Origin: a bacterium
GTDB taxonomy: Bacteria > UBA8248
Direction: 5' to 3'
NCBI GenBank assembly: GCA_965261085.1
Contig: OZ253442.1
Coordinates: forward strand, 2,848,001 to 2,912,000
Length of the DNA: 64,000 bases
Positions 30,155-40,113 of this stretch are shown in pieces (within the stretch, counting starts at the first letter, position 1; the number at the start of each line of letters is the position of its first letter). A program made the position numbers and the translations under genes. The notes beneath the pieces are model-generated. The model worked only from the letters and a program-made list of their open reading frames with translations, ran no database searches and was not told the origin of the DNA.

Positions 30155-31567
30155 ATGAACGCTGACATCCGAGTTCGCTTTGCTCCATCCAACACAGGCC
30201 ACCTCCATATCGGCGGTGCGCGCACCGCGTTATTTAATTGGTTCTTTGCGAAACATCACGCAGGCACAGCTATTTTGAGAATCGAAGATACCGACCAACA
30301 ACGCTCTACAGAAGAATATTACGACGCAATCCTGGAAGCCTTCGATTGGCTGGGTCTCGAATGGGACGAAGGCCCATATCGTCAATCTCAGCGGATGGAT
30401 TTGTACCAAGAAGCAGCTAACAAACTCCTGTCTTCCGGCGCCGCCTATCGGTGTACGTGCACGCCCGATGAAGTTAACGCCATGCGTGAACAGGCTCGCG
30501 CGGAGGGGAAAACACCGAAATACGACGGCACCTGTCGCGGTCGGTATGACAAAGACCCGAATGCTCCATTTTGTCTCCGTCTCCGAGTTCCTGATATGGC
30601 AGAGACGACTGTCGCCGACCTTCTTGCCGGAGATGTCGTTTTTGACAATTCGCAGTTGGACGACATGGTCATTGTTCGCACCGACGGGACACCCACATAT
30701 AATTTTTGCGTGACTATCGATGACATCGACATGAAGATTAGCCATGTTATACGAGGCAACGACCACCTATCCAACACCCCCAGACAAGTTCTCGTCTATC
30801 AAGCTCTAAATGAAGAGACACCAAAATTTGCACACATATCGATGATATTAGGACCCGATAAAAAAAGACTATCAAAGCGCCATGGCGCAGATTCGGTACT
30901 TGAATATAATAATCAAGGTTATCTTCCTGAAGCGTTGATCAACTATCTCGTTCGGCTCGGGTGGAGCCATGGCGATCAAGAGATTTTCTCCAGAGAGGAA
31001 ATTATCGCAAATTTTTCTTTGGAAAATTTGAACAGGTCCGCCGCGATCTTCAATCCGGAAAAATTATTATGGCTGAATCAGGAGTATATCAAATCGGCTG
31101 ATAGTGATTTCCTCGTCGAATCGCTCGATACAGGCCTTCAAGAACGAGGCTTATCACCAGATCTACTGACACACCAAACACGCAAAGGCATTGTGGATGA
31201 ACTCAGAACGCGCTCGAGAACTTTAACGGACATAACTGAGGGCGCTCGTTTTTTCTTTGAAAATGAAGTCGAGTTGGACGAGAAGGCCGCTTCGAAATTC
31301 TTGAATCCAGAGAACTTGGGTTTAATACTGAAAATGCGGGATGAATTAACGAAAATCGATACGTTTTCAACCGAGAACGTCAAATCAGCTTTTCATCACG
31401 TTATGGAAGAAGAGGTTGTAAAGCTCGGCAAACTGGCTCAACCGGTGCGCGTCGCTATTACGGGCGGAACCATCAGCCCTGGTATTTTTGAAACGCTCAG
31501 TCTTCTCGGAAAAGAGAGAACCATTCATCGACTAAATGCTGCATTAGCCAAAATCAATGAAAAATGA
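30155..31567 (+). CDS. gltX: Glutamate--tRNA ligase
   Basis: RFAPSNTG.LHIGG, LRIEDTD, zinc motif CTC...C, RGNDHLSNT, LSKRHG, C-terminal anticodon-binding domain. Confidence 0.97.
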   Translation: MNADIRVRFAPSNTGHLHIGGARTALFNWFFAKHHAGTAILRIEDTDQQRSTEEYYDAILEAFDWLGLEWDEGPYRQSQRMDLYQEAANKLLSSGAAYRCTCTPDEVNAMREQARAEGKTPKYDGTCRGRYDKDPNAPFCLRLRVPDMAETTVADLLAGDVVFDNSQLDDMVIVRTDGTPTYNFCVTIDDIDMKISHVIRGNDHLSNTPRQVLVYQALNEETPKFAHISMILGPDKKRLSKRHGADSVLEYNNQGYLPEALINYLVRLGWSHGDQEIFSREEIIANFSLENLNRSAAIFNPEKLLWLNQEYIKSADSDFLVESLDTGLQERGLSPDLLTHQTRKGIVDELRTRSRTLTDITEGARFFFENEVELDEKAASKFLNPENLGLILKMRDELTKIDTFSTENVKSAFHHVMEEEVVKLGKLAQPVRVAITGGTISPGIFETLSLLGKERTIHRLNAALAKINEK

Positions 31568-31581
31568 TTTCTCTATCGTCC

Positions 31582-31610
31582 TTGACGAAAAAAGATCTCA
31601 TACATATAAA
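31582..31610 (+). promoter_or_regulatory. Putative sigma70 promoter of tRNA-Gln
   Basis: TTGACG-N17-TATAAA, 14 nt upstream of the tRNA 5' end. Confidence 0.65.
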
Positions 31611-31624
31611 CATCTAGGTCTTTT

Positions 31625-31698
31625 TGGGGGATCGTCTAGCGGCAGGACACCAGACTCTGGATCTGGGTACGGAGGTTCGAATCCTCCTCCCCCAGCCA
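31625..31698 (+). tRNA. tRNA-Gln(CTG)
   Basis: Acceptor stem TGGGGGA/TCCCCCA + G + encoded CCA; anticodon arm CCAGA-CT-CTG-GA-TCTGG; T arm GGAGG-TTCGAAT-CCTCC. Confidence 0.97.
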
Positions 31699-31773
31699 CT
31701 TCATTATTACGAGTTCACATCCAGCACACGGGAATTCGTAGTTTTCTCTAATTCTTTATGCAGGGAGATGAGA

Positions 31774-32430
31774 ATGGCTTTAAGAATCAATGATGAAGCT
31801 CCGGATTTTTCTGCGGACACAACCCAAGGCCCCGTCAATTTTCATGAATGGATTGGCGAGGGTTGGGCTATCATGTTTTCACACCCGAAGGACTTTACAC
31901 CAGTCTGCACCACTGAACTCGGGACCATGGCCGGACTCAAGTCAGAATTCGACAAAAGAAATTGCAAGGTGATCGGCATCAGCGTCGATGGTGTTTCCGA
32001 TCATGAAAAATGGTCCAAAGATATCGAAAGTTCTCAAGGCCATGCCGTGAATTACCCCCTGATTGGCGATCCCACACTTGAAATCGTAAAAGCCTATGAC
32101 ATGCTGCCGGCTGATGCGGGTGACACGTCAGAAGGCCGGACGGCTACTCACAACGCGACAGCTCGTTCGGTGTTCGTTATCGGGCCGGACAAGAAAATCA
32201 AGGCGACGCTCACGTATCCGATGAGCACCGGCCGGAATTTCAGCGAAATCCTGAGGTTGCTGGACTCCTGCCAACTGACAGCAAGTGAACAAGTAGCGAC
32301 TCCGGCGAATTGGCAACAAGGTGAAAATGTGATTATCCTGCCCGCTGTTTCAGATGAGGATGCGAAAAAGAAATATCCAGACGGTTGGGAGTCACCGCTT
32401 CCATATATTCGAGTCGTAAAACAACCATAA
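31774..32430 (+). CDS. 1-Cys peroxiredoxin (Prx6 class)
   Basis: FSHPKDFTPVCTTE, YPMSTGRNF.EILR, ATPANW; start at ATG 31774 after GGGAG. Confidence 0.95.
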   Translation: MALRINDEAPDFSADTTQGPVNFHEWIGEGWAIMFSHPKDFTPVCTTELGTMAGLKSEFDKRNCKVIGISVDGVSDHEKWSKDIESSQGHAVNYPLIGDPTLEIVKAYDMLPADAGDTSEGRTATHNATARSVFVIGPDKKIKATLTYPMSTGRNFSEILRLLDSCQLTASEQVATPANWQQGENVIILPAVSDEDAKKKYPDGWESPLPYIRVVKQP

Positions 32431-32498
32431 ATATAGACTTCGCATCTGCCGATGGTTACTACCAAAAAGGTACCCTACTGGCTTCTACTGAGAGAAAG

Positions 32499-32532
32499 AA
32501 AGAGCCGCGGCTAGTGTTAGCCGCGGCTCTTT
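32499..32532. terminator. Bidirectional intrinsic terminator
   Basis: AAAGAGCCGCGGCTA-GTGT-TAGCCGCGGCTCTTT between convergent genes. Confidence 0.85.
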
Positions 32533-32551
32533 ATGCTTTTCGATGAAAGGG

Positions 32552-33547
32552 TTAGTTTTTCCAACCCTCGGCTGCGATGGCCTCTTTCACCATGCTTAGA
32601 TCCATGCCTTCCTTGCGAAGATCGACCACGCGCTTCGCTTTGCGTTTTTCCAGAAGAACCTTGCCCATGTGATCAAACCATTTGTAATCCGCCTCTGATG
32701 GGAGAAGGCCAAAAGTCAGATCGTTCACAGATGCTTTCACTATTTTAAGCTTGATCTTCGAGCCTTTCGATTGCAAGTGGTTCAGGTATACACGCGCAAA
32801 CTTATCGCGATTATCTCTGTGCAATTTCATACCACGAATAAACCCTCTCAAAAATTTCGTATACACATCTCTGTTTTTCTTCAGGGTTTTTCCATTGGCC
32901 ATTAAAATCCACAGGTTGTTTGCATATTTGCAAAAAGTTTCCACTATGCGGGCATATCCCCTGTCGATGGCAATGGCGGCTTGCGGGTTATTCAAAGCTA
33001 TCATATCCACCGTCCGGGATTTGAGCGCCGCCATGCGGGTATCATTGTTCATGTTCACGGTTGTGAAGTCTTTCTCGGCTAAGCCATATTTCGGCAGGAT
33101 GAAGGTTGTCAGCGTGAAATATGTACCCGTAGCTTTACCTACTCCAAGTCTTTTGCCCTTCAAGTCATGCAAGGTTTTAACAGGTGAATTTGGAGACGTT
33201 AGAATTTTATTTGCTTTGCACCAATAATTTCCATTTCCGATTCCAGGAGCATTCGCTCTTTTTGCTATAGCTGAATAAAAAGCACGGTCGGCAGCACCAC
33301 CAATATCAAGAGATTTCGCCAGAATCGCCTGGCGCATCAATTTACCCTGCGGGAATTGCTTAATGGTATATTTTCCCTTGCCGATGGTCTGATTATAGTA
33401 GCCCATCTTATGAGCAACGATGGTGACCGCTCCCATAACAGAGCGATGGTGGCCGATGCGGAACGGCGCTGCACTGGCAGAAAATGCAGTCAACACAACT
33501 CCTGTAATGGCCATGGCGACAACAAAACACATACCTCTTCGATTCAT
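32552..33547 (-). CDS. ABC substrate-binding protein, NMT1/SsuA/TauA-like (no permease adjacent)
   Basis: Signal peptide ending SASA; SPVKTLHDLKGKRLGV..ATG, ALKSRTVD; start MNRRG at 33547 after AAGGAGG. Confidence 0.8.
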   Translation of the reverse strand: MNRRGMCFVVAMAITGVVLTAFSASAAPFRIGHHRSVMGAVTIVAHKMGYYNQTIGKGKYTIKQFPQGKLMRQAILAKSLDIGGAADRAFYSAIAKRANAPGIGNGNYWCKANKILTSPNSPVKTLHDLKGKRLGVGKATGTYFTLTTFILPKYGLAEKDFTTVNMNNDTRMAALKSRTVDMIALNNPQAAIAIDRGYARIVETFCKYANNLWILMANGKTLKKNRDVYTKFLRGFIRGMKLHRDNRDKFARVYLNHLQSKGSKIKLKIVKASVNDLTFGLLPSEADYKWFDHMGKVLLEKRKAKRVVDLRKEGMDLSMVKEAIAAEGWKN

Positions 33548-33771
33548 TAGAAAATCCTCCTTGAGATTCATAAGCCCTAAGGCATCTACAGATAACAGAG
33601 CGGGGAACCCACTATATGGAGACAAATCTCAAAAGTAAAATTCTCCATAATTTTCCATGTATGAGTAGACGTTATCATACTTTGAAATACCTTTGCACCC
33701 TATTTCATTTCGTTCGGAATATTCGCTGATTCATGTTGAACACAGAAAACTTATTCATGTCCCTCAACCTC

Positions 33772-34995
33772 TCAATGAGAGGCAATGGGTTCAGGCTCAT
33801 GTTCAGGTGCTTGTCTTTGCAACGACAAAGCCAAAACGAAACCCACCATCAAAACAATCGGAATCACCCAAAAAGCATTCAGCATCCCGATTCTCTCACC
33901 AAGCAAAGAAATGGGAATTGCCGTTAATCCGGCCAATATCCATCCCCCACCGAGCATCAATGAACTTGCGAACCCCCGGTGATCCGGCAAATAATCTTGA
34001 GCCAAGGCAACGGATACACCCATCGGCACGAAAACCCCTGCACCAATGATTGCAAGAGATATATAGGACCACTCCAAAGGCGAGAATTGAAACGCCAACA
34101 TACCGACCAAAGCACATCCGACACCGATAGTAATCACCTTGGGCTTCCCATGCCTATCACCCATAATGCCCCCGAGCATTACGCCGATGGCTCCCGAGAA
34201 AAAAATGACCGAGTTGGCGATGCCACCTTGCCAAAGCCCTAAACCTTTTTCAACGAAAATCGTGGGCAAAAACCCCCCTAAATTCGCCAAGGTTGTTCCC
34301 CGTACAACGGCGATGCCGAAAAGGAGAAGAATGGGCCCACGGACATGTCTAAGCGCCGTTATCAAGCCCTCTGGCTCAGGTCCTTTTTCATCTTTTTTCT
34401 TTCTCTGGGGAGGGGCAGGCATGCCCAGCTTCACCCCCGCCATGGCAACCAGCGCCACGATTATAAATACCCACAAATGCTCCATACCCATGGTTTCTGC
34501 TATAAAAATGGCAATTAACGGACCAATGGCAAACCCCAGTCTTCCTCCCGTCACGAATAAGCTGACAATAAAACCGGCATGCTCAGAACTCAGCCTGCCC
34601 GCACGCGCAGCCATATCCGGATGACACAACCCGAATAGAATTCCACCCAGGATTAGTGCGGCGGCCAAGCCATAGACGCTCGTCACCCATCCAATTGCCG
34701 TAAAGGCAACGGAACTTCCAATCAGGCCTACGGCGAGCCATGGCAGCCAAGGGCACCTATCGATGACGACGCCTGTAATGGGTTGTGTGATTGAGCCGCT
34801 TATCGCCTGACACGAAATTAATAAACCAATTGTCGAGATGCTCAGGCCCAATTTTTCTTTTAATAATGGAACAAGGGGGGCAAAAAAATTCGCTTGGCTA
34901 TCGACCACAAAATGCGTAAAGAAAATGAGGCCTGTCCCGGCCCAGGGCATAGTATGAAAGGATGGCTTTTTCGTATTCTCAGATTTTTTACTCAT
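33772..34995 (-). CDS. MFS transporter, Fsr-like
   Basis: THFVVD, QPITG...D, HP...A, F.TGG.LGFA.GP, AQDYLP...GFAS. Confidence 0.85.
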   Translation of the reverse strand: MSKKSENTKKPSFHTMPWAGTGLIFFTHFVVDSQANFFAPLVPLLKEKLGLSISTIGLLISCQAISGSITQPITGVVIDRCPWLPWLAVGLIGSSVAFTAIGWVTSVYGLAAALILGGILFGLCHPDMAARAGRLSSEHAGFIVSLFVTGGRLGFAIGPLIAIFIAETMGMEHLWVFIIVALVAMAGVKLGMPAPPQRKKKDEKGPEPEGLITALRHVRGPILLLFGIAVVRGTTLANLGGFLPTIFVEKGLGLWQGGIANSVIFFSGAIGVMLGGIMGDRHGKPKVITIGVGCALVGMLAFQFSPLEWSYISLAIIGAGVFVPMGVSVALAQDYLPDHRGFASSLMLGGGWILAGLTAIPISLLGERIGMLNAFWVIPIVLMVGFVLALSLQRQAPEHEPEPIASH

Positions 34996-34997
34996 AT

Positions 34998-35996
34998 CTA
35001 CCTTGGGGCTAGGGCCTTTAGTGTGCGCTCGACTGCTTCCTGATAACTTTCACCTGCCAATACGGGATCTATCATCAAAGCGGGCATATCCACGCCCGCA
35101 TCCCGGAATGCGGACATACGATCTTTGCACCTCTCCGGCGGACCGACAAGGCAGAATTCATCAATAATGGCGTCGGTAATACCATCTCTCAAACCCTTCT
35201 GATCACTGTTCTCGAAGGCTATTTTTATACATTCCGCCTCTTGCTCATAACCACTTTCCCGAATCGAATTGTTGTATGCGGGAAGCCCTAGCCAATATGT
35301 CAAGGTTTTACGAGCGGCTTCTCTGGCTAAAATGAGATCGTCACACAAAAAAGTGTGTATCCCAAAGTCAATCTCGATGTCCCGAGGATTTCTACCCGCT
35401 CGTTTCGCGCCTGCGTCTCTCGCTTCCAAATAAGCGTCCATTCTTGATAGGGGAACCATGTACGGCAACAATCCATCAGCGATTTCTCCACCAAGTGCTG
35501 TCATCTTGGGCCCAACAGCCGCGATGTATATTCGAACCGGGTGCTTTGAACGTCTGAATTTCAACTCTTCTCCCTGATAAGTCTGGACAGGCAGGGGATA
35601 TACAGACTCGCCTTCCAATACACCCTTAACTTCCCCGACATATTTACGCATATCTTCGAGAGGATTTCCTGGCTCTATCCCCATCGCCCTGATCCGGGGC
35701 GGGTGACCAAGCCCGAGACCCAAAACATAACGGCCGCCAGAAATTTCGTTGATCGCGACCGCGCCTTGAGCAGCCATGGAGGCATGACGCAAATAAATGA
35801 TGGCGACAGAACTGCCGATCTCGATCCTGGATGTATACGTCGCCATCAGTTGATTGATGGCCAGGGTGTCCGTCAAAGATTCTGTCGTATAGACTCGATC
35901 ATACCCCAATTCTTCACCAAGCCTTGAAACCTCTCCCAGTCCCTCAAGAGAAATATCCGCAAAAGTGAGAAGCCAAAACCCGAGGCGATGTGTCAT
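34998..35996 (-). CDS. LLM-class flavin/F420-dependent oxidoreductase
   Basis: EELGYD.V...E, SGGRYVLGLG.G, IYIAAVGPKM..L.GEIADG, GPPE.C. Confidence 0.85.
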   Translation of the reverse strand: MTHRLGFWLLTFADISLEGLGEVSRLGEELGYDRVYTTESLTDTLAINQLMATYTSRIEIGSSVAIIYLRHASMAAQGAVAINEISGGRYVLGLGLGHPPRIRAMGIEPGNPLEDMRKYVGEVKGVLEGESVYPLPVQTYQGEELKFRRSKHPVRIYIAAVGPKMTALGGEIADGLLPYMVPLSRMDAYLEARDAGAKRAGRNPRDIEIDFGIHTFLCDDLILAREAARKTLTYWLGLPAYNNSIRESGYEQEAECIKIAFENSDQKGLRDGITDAIIDEFCLVGPPERCKDRMSAFRDAGVDMPALMIDPVLAGESYQEAVERTLKALAPR

Positions 35997-36033
35997 ATAG
36001 ACCCATTCTCCAACACCCAGTTCTCCATCATGC

Positions 36034-36789
36034 TCATTGGCACAATCTTCCCCCATCAATCAGAATGACTGCCCCATTCATATATGATGCTTGATCAGAT
36101 GCCGTAAAAACAGCGCAATCGGCGATTTCCTCTGGAGTTGCAAAACGCCCCAATGGTATATTACTCATCAGCTTCTCTCGTCTACCCGCTTCGGTTTCCA
36201 CACGATGCTTCGTCCCCTCACTCAAAGTCGTCCCCGGAGCTATGGCATTAACGCGAATACCTTTAGGCCCAAGTTCGGCCGCATGCGCCTTCGTCATTAG
36301 ATGCATGGCCCCTTTCGTCGCGCAATAGAGAGAATTGTTAGGTACTCCTGCCTCTCCGGATGTCGAACCGATGTTGATAATCTGACCACCTGACTTGGAA
36401 ATCATGTGTTTGGCAGCCAACCCGCTTAGAATAAACGTTGCCATCGCATTGACCTGAAAGAGTGCAACCACCTCCTCTTGCGTAACCTCCTCCACAGGCT
36501 TGTTACAACGGATTCCAGCGCAGTTCACCAAAATATCGAGATGACCCAAATGCCTAAGTGCACGACTCATCAAAGGAGCGATATCCGCCAAGTTCGACAA
36601 GTCAATCGCCTCGCCAGCTGCCGATATTTCTTGGGCCTTACAATGCTCGATTGTCGCCTCCAAAGCACCCACATTTCTGCCACCCGCCAGATATAGAGAA
36701 CATCCCTCCTCGGCAAAACGCCTCGCAATGGCGGAGCCAATTCCTACCGAAGCTCCCGTGATAAATGCCGTCTTTCCTTTCAGCCGCAT
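36034..36789 (-). CDS. SDR oxidoreductase
   Basis: TGASVGIG, NCAG, YCATK, VNAIAPG, IDGG. ORF also open to GTG 36807. Confidence 0.9.
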   Translation of the reverse strand: MRLKGKTAFITGASVGIGSAIARRFAEEGCSLYLAGGRNVGALEATIEHCKAQEISAAGEAIDLSNLADIAPLMSRALRHLGHLDILVNCAGIRCNKPVEEVTQEEVVALFQVNAMATFILSGLAAKHMISKSGGQIINIGSTSGEAGVPNNSLYCATKGAMHLMTKAHAAELGPKGIRVNAIAPGTTLSEGTKHRVETEAGRREKLMSNIPLGRFATPEEIADCAVFTASDQASYMNGAVILIDGGRLCQ

Positions 36790-36803
36790 ATCGAATTGTT
36801 CCT

Positions 36804-37352
36804 TCACTTTAACGGAGGCTCTACGCCTTCTGGCACTTGTAGCTCAAATGCGTTGAGCGTCATGGAAACTGTCGTGTAATGTCCGATGAGACCGATTAAC
36901 TCCACCAACCCACGTTCCCCGAAATGCTCAAACCCATTTTGATAGATTTCATCACTCACAAAATGATTTTCGTGCAGTGCAGTGCAAAAATCATAGATTG
37001 CTTCCTCATCGGCGGCCATTTCGGCGGGTCGCCTGTTCTCCTGAACCGCCTTGATGACCTCGGGAGATAATCCCCCCTTCCTGGCCAGAGGCTCATGGGC
37101 GTACCATTCGTATTGCGAACCCCAGAACCGGGCGGTAATCAAAATCGCAAACTCGCTCAGCCTGGGCTCAAAGAGGGTGTCATAGCGCAAGTAGCGCCCT
37201 GTTGCTTCCAGCTTTTCGAGATAGGCCGGGCTTTTGAGCCACGCCAGAAACGGGCCACGGACGCCTCCTCTGGGACCGGAGGCGATTTTCTCATGGAGTT
37301 TTCTTTGCTCATCTGTCATCTGCTCTATCGGTGTTTCGAACAAACGGGTCAT
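36804..37352 (-). CDS. Carboxymuconolactone decarboxylase-family protein
   Basis: GPRGGVRGPF..WL.SP, E.AILITAR.W.SQYEWYAH, GLVELIGLIGHY. Confidence 0.85.
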   Translation of the reverse strand: MTRLFETPIEQMTDEQRKLHEKIASGPRGGVRGPFLAWLKSPAYLEKLEATGRYLRYDTLFEPRLSEFAILITARFWGSQYEWYAHEPLARKGGLSPEVIKAVQENRRPAEMAADEEAIYDFCTALHENHFVSDEIYQNGFEHFGERGLVELIGLIGHYTTVSMTLNAFELQVPEGVEPPLK

Positions 37353-37571
37353 TAGCGTCAATTCTCCTCTTGACTTGAGATGTGCACGAACGGTGAAATT
37401 CACCTGCTACAGAAGAATTTCACAGGTTGCAAGGCGATGCTTAGTTTGATAAGCAATTATTAAGGCTGCGGCCGGCGCGGCCAACTTCAGTTTTCTGGAA
37501 ATGTACTTGGAGTGAAAGGCCCTCACCTGATTCATCTCTACCCATTTCCAAAATTTGCAGGAGATGCGCAA

Positions 37572-37787
37572 GTGCCAGAAGGAACAGTGAAGTGGTTCAA
37601 TGACGCGAAGGGCTATGGTTTCATTTCGCAAACGGATGGTGACGATGTCTTCGTTCACTTCTCCGCCATCCAGGGAGACGGCTTCAAAACCCTGGAGGAA
37701 GGACAAAACGTGAACTTCGAAATTGTTCAGGGCCCGAAAGGGCTCCAAGCGGCCAACGTAACAAAAGGGGGTGACTCCGGAGAATAA
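37572..37787 (+). CDS. cspA: Cold-shock protein
   Basis: GTG start after GGAG; [34 protein letters not shown]. Confidence 0.95.
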   Translation: MPEGTVKWFNDAKGYGFISQTDGDDVFVHFSAIQGDGFKTLEEGQNVNFEIVQGPKGLQAANVTKGGDSGE

Positions 37788-37807
37788 CCCTCATCCAGAG
37801 AAAACCC

Positions 37808-37840
37808 AAAACGACGGCTCACCCGGGCCGTCGTTTTTTT
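37808..37840 (+). terminator. Intrinsic terminator after the cold-shock gene
   Basis: AAAACGACGGC-TCACCCGG-GCCGTCGTTTTTTT. Confidence 0.85.
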
Positions 37841-37943
37841 GTCTGCCGATATACCTCTCCCCTGCTTGCGGGGGGGTCGAACCCCCATGTTATAACCCCA
37901 TCAGTAGCGAATCCAATAGATCGACAATACAGAAAGGCATTTC

Positions 37944-39047
37944 ATGCGCGACGTTATCATCGTCGGTGGCGGCATCATGGGACTCCTGACAGCGAGAGAA
38001 CTCCGCAAAGCGGGCAGGAGCGTCACCATCATCGAAAAAGGCCGGCCCGGCGCAGGCGCCACCTGGGCTTCCGCGGGCATCATCTCCGCCCACGGGACGA
38101 GCGGCTCCGCCGATATTGCCGGTCTGCCGGGTCTCAGGCTCCGGACCGCCTCTTACGATGAATGGCCTCATCTCGCGCAAGCCATTGCCGAGGAAAGCGG
38201 AACGGACCTCGAATACCGCCTCACGGGCGTTTTGCTCATTGCCCTGGATAAAGAGGAAGCGGAATCCATTCAGGAAAAGGCCCGCGCGCGCGAATGGGGC
38301 GAGGCCAAGTGGATGCCGCCAGGCGTGCTGAGAAACGAAGAACCTTGCCTTTCGGATGAATTGGCGGGAGCGCTGCTCGTCACGGGCGGGAACCTGGAAG
38401 TCAGAAAACTGGGGCCCGCGCTCGAGATCGCCTGCAGGCGGCTTGGGGTGGAGATCCTCACCGGTTGCGCGGTGGAGGAGATACTGAGCCAGGGAGGAAA
38501 GGTCACCGGCGTCCGCACGGATGCCGGAGTTCACGAGGCGTCCGCCGTCTTCATCTGCGCAGGGATAGGCAGCCGCAGCGTGCCCGGCTCCGCTCCGCGA
38601 GCGCCCATCACCCCCCAGCGCGGGCAGATGCTCTCCATGGACGCACGCGCGCTGGGCCTTAAGCGCGTGGTGCTGACCGCGAACGACCCCTACCTCGTGC
38701 CCCGCGCCGATGGCCGCGTTCTGCTGGGCGCGACGAGGGAATACGCCGGCGAGGACCCGAGGCTCACCGTGGGCGGGCTCTCCTGGCTGCTGAGCGAGGG
38801 AATCCGCATCTCCCCTGAACTCGCCGCCTGCGCCATCGAGGAGACCTGGAGCGGCTTCAGGCCCACCTCCTCGGACTACCTGCCCCTCATCGGCCAGGGC
38901 GCGCTGGAAGGCCTCTACTTCTGCACCGGGCACGGGCCTTCGGGCATCGGGCCTGCGCCGGCGAGCGTGAGCCTGGCGACGGCGCTCTATCTGGGCGACG
39001 CCCCCTCGATCGACCCGGCGCCGTATGACCCCATGCGCTTCGCGTAG
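37944..39047 (+). CDS. thiO: Glycine oxidase ThiO / DAO-family FAD oxidoreductase
   Basis: VGGGIMG, ATWASAGI, P.RGQ, YLVPR.DGR.L.GAT, WSGFRP, TGH. No other thi genes are nearby. Confidence 0.75.
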   Translation: MRDVIIVGGGIMGLLTARELRKAGRSVTIIEKGRPGAGATWASAGIISAHGTSGSADIAGLPGLRLRTASYDEWPHLAQAIAEESGTDLEYRLTGVLLIALDKEEAESIQEKARAREWGEAKWMPPGVLRNEEPCLSDELAGALLVTGGNLEVRKLGPALEIACRRLGVEILTGCAVEEILSQGGKVTGVRTDAGVHEASAVFICAGIGSRSVPGSAPRAPITPQRGQMLSMDARALGLKRVVLTANDPYLVPRADGRVLLGATREYAGEDPRLTVGGLSWLLSEGIRISPELAACAIEETWSGFRPTSSDYLPLIGQGALEGLYFCTGHGPSGIGPAPASVSLATALYLGDAPSIDPAPYDPMRFA

Positions 39048-39377
39048 AAATTGCGGGGAAATGCGGGGTTCAGAAAAAGTTTTTATTTTCGATAAATTTC
39101 GATAAAATATTGATATTCTACTTTAATATATTCTGATAACTTACTAAATTAGATGGAAATATACTGTTAATACGACCCTCAAACCTTTCCATCAATTTAT
39201 CGATATTTATCGTATTTTTCAGTAATTCAAATTTCAGGGCCATCGCCGCGATCCCGGCGGGTTTCAGCGCTCCAGCGTCTCCGGCCATATCAAACTCCAT
39301 GTGCGAACCCATGTAGCCACCCCACGGTTCTTGAAGCTCCCCTACTCGTTCATCCATCCGCTTAAACCGCATCGAGT

Positions 39378-39687
39378 GGCTCCGAAAAACTTGATGATTC
39401 ACTATGTTCGCCCGTATGAAAGCGGCTGCAAGAGATGTAATCGTTCACCATGTTCGCCCTCATGAAACGGCTGCGAAAGACCTGATGATTCACCGGGTTC
39501 GCCCCTATGAACGGGCTGCGAGAGAGTCGATGCCTCCACCGGGCCCGCCCGTATGAAAAAGCTGCTTATCCTACTTCCCTGCCCCTATGAACAGGCTGCG
39601 AGGGACTCGATTTCTCCACCGGGCCCGCCCATATGAAAGAGGCTGCGAGAGAGTCGGCGCCTCCACCGGACTCGCCCATATGAAACC
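39378..39687 (+). repeat. Degenerate tandem array, 7 units of mostly 45-47 bp (one 34 bp)
   Basis: Core GCCCNYATGAA with its ATG at 39416, 39462, 39507, 39553, 39587, 39633 and 39680; usually followed by GCTGC..GA. Confidence 0.85.
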
Positions 39688-39776
39688 CTTCTCGTGGGGG
39701 ATTCTGGCGCATAAGGAAGATGGAGCGATAACGGGAATTGCGCGGAAATGCGTGATTCACGCTCGGTTGCCTCGCC

Positions 39777-39870
39777 GTCATTCCGGTGTCATTTCCGACT
39801 GAGGAGGGAGGAAATGCGGAATCTAGAACTAAAGTCGCTGGATCCCGGATTAGAGCACTCCGGGATGACA
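39777..39870. repeat. dRS3/NTS-like palindrome pair, first copy interrupted by the hairpin micro-element
   Basis: GTCATTCCGG[insert 39788-39816]CGGAATCTAG ... GGATCCCGGATTAGAGCACTCCGGGATGAC. Confidence 0.65.
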
Positions 39871-40113
39871 AGCAAACAGGTTCTTATTACTCCCCCCTTG
39901 AGGGTCAATTCCGACTGAAGAATGAATGATTGTTCCGACTGAAAAAGAAGAAATTCTCGCAATTGAAGAATGAGCAATTGTTTCGACTTATGAAGGAGGA
40001 ATTGCGTGCCGGTGTTTTTCCCATCCTCTGAAAACCCTCCCTTATCGGGGCTGTTGAAAAAGTCCCCCAAAAACAGGGGATGAATTTCTCAATCGACATA
40101 TGCTTATGAAATG

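Noticed and set aside
30155-31698. gltX-tRNA-Gln linkage as a novelty
   Set aside because: This is a common arrangement, and the T1-A72 pair fits the standard indirect GatCAB pathway.
31625-31740. tRNA-Gln as an island integration site
   Set aside because: No duplicate of the tRNA 3' end and no integrase is visible in the window.
39118-39402. 94-aa minus-strand ORF beside the array as a dedicated partner gene
   Set aside because: There is no recognisable motif or clear RBS, and it spans a GC-to-AT transition. It cannot be supported, though a remnant is not excluded.
39391-39515. Hammerhead ribozyme (CTGATGA ... GAAA)
   Set aside because: CTGATGA is present once, but I could not build stem II closing onto GAAA, or stems I and III.
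39378-39687. CRISPR array
   Set aside because: The conserved part is only ~11-20 nt, the intervening sequences are homologous to each other rather than unique spacers, and there are no cas genes.
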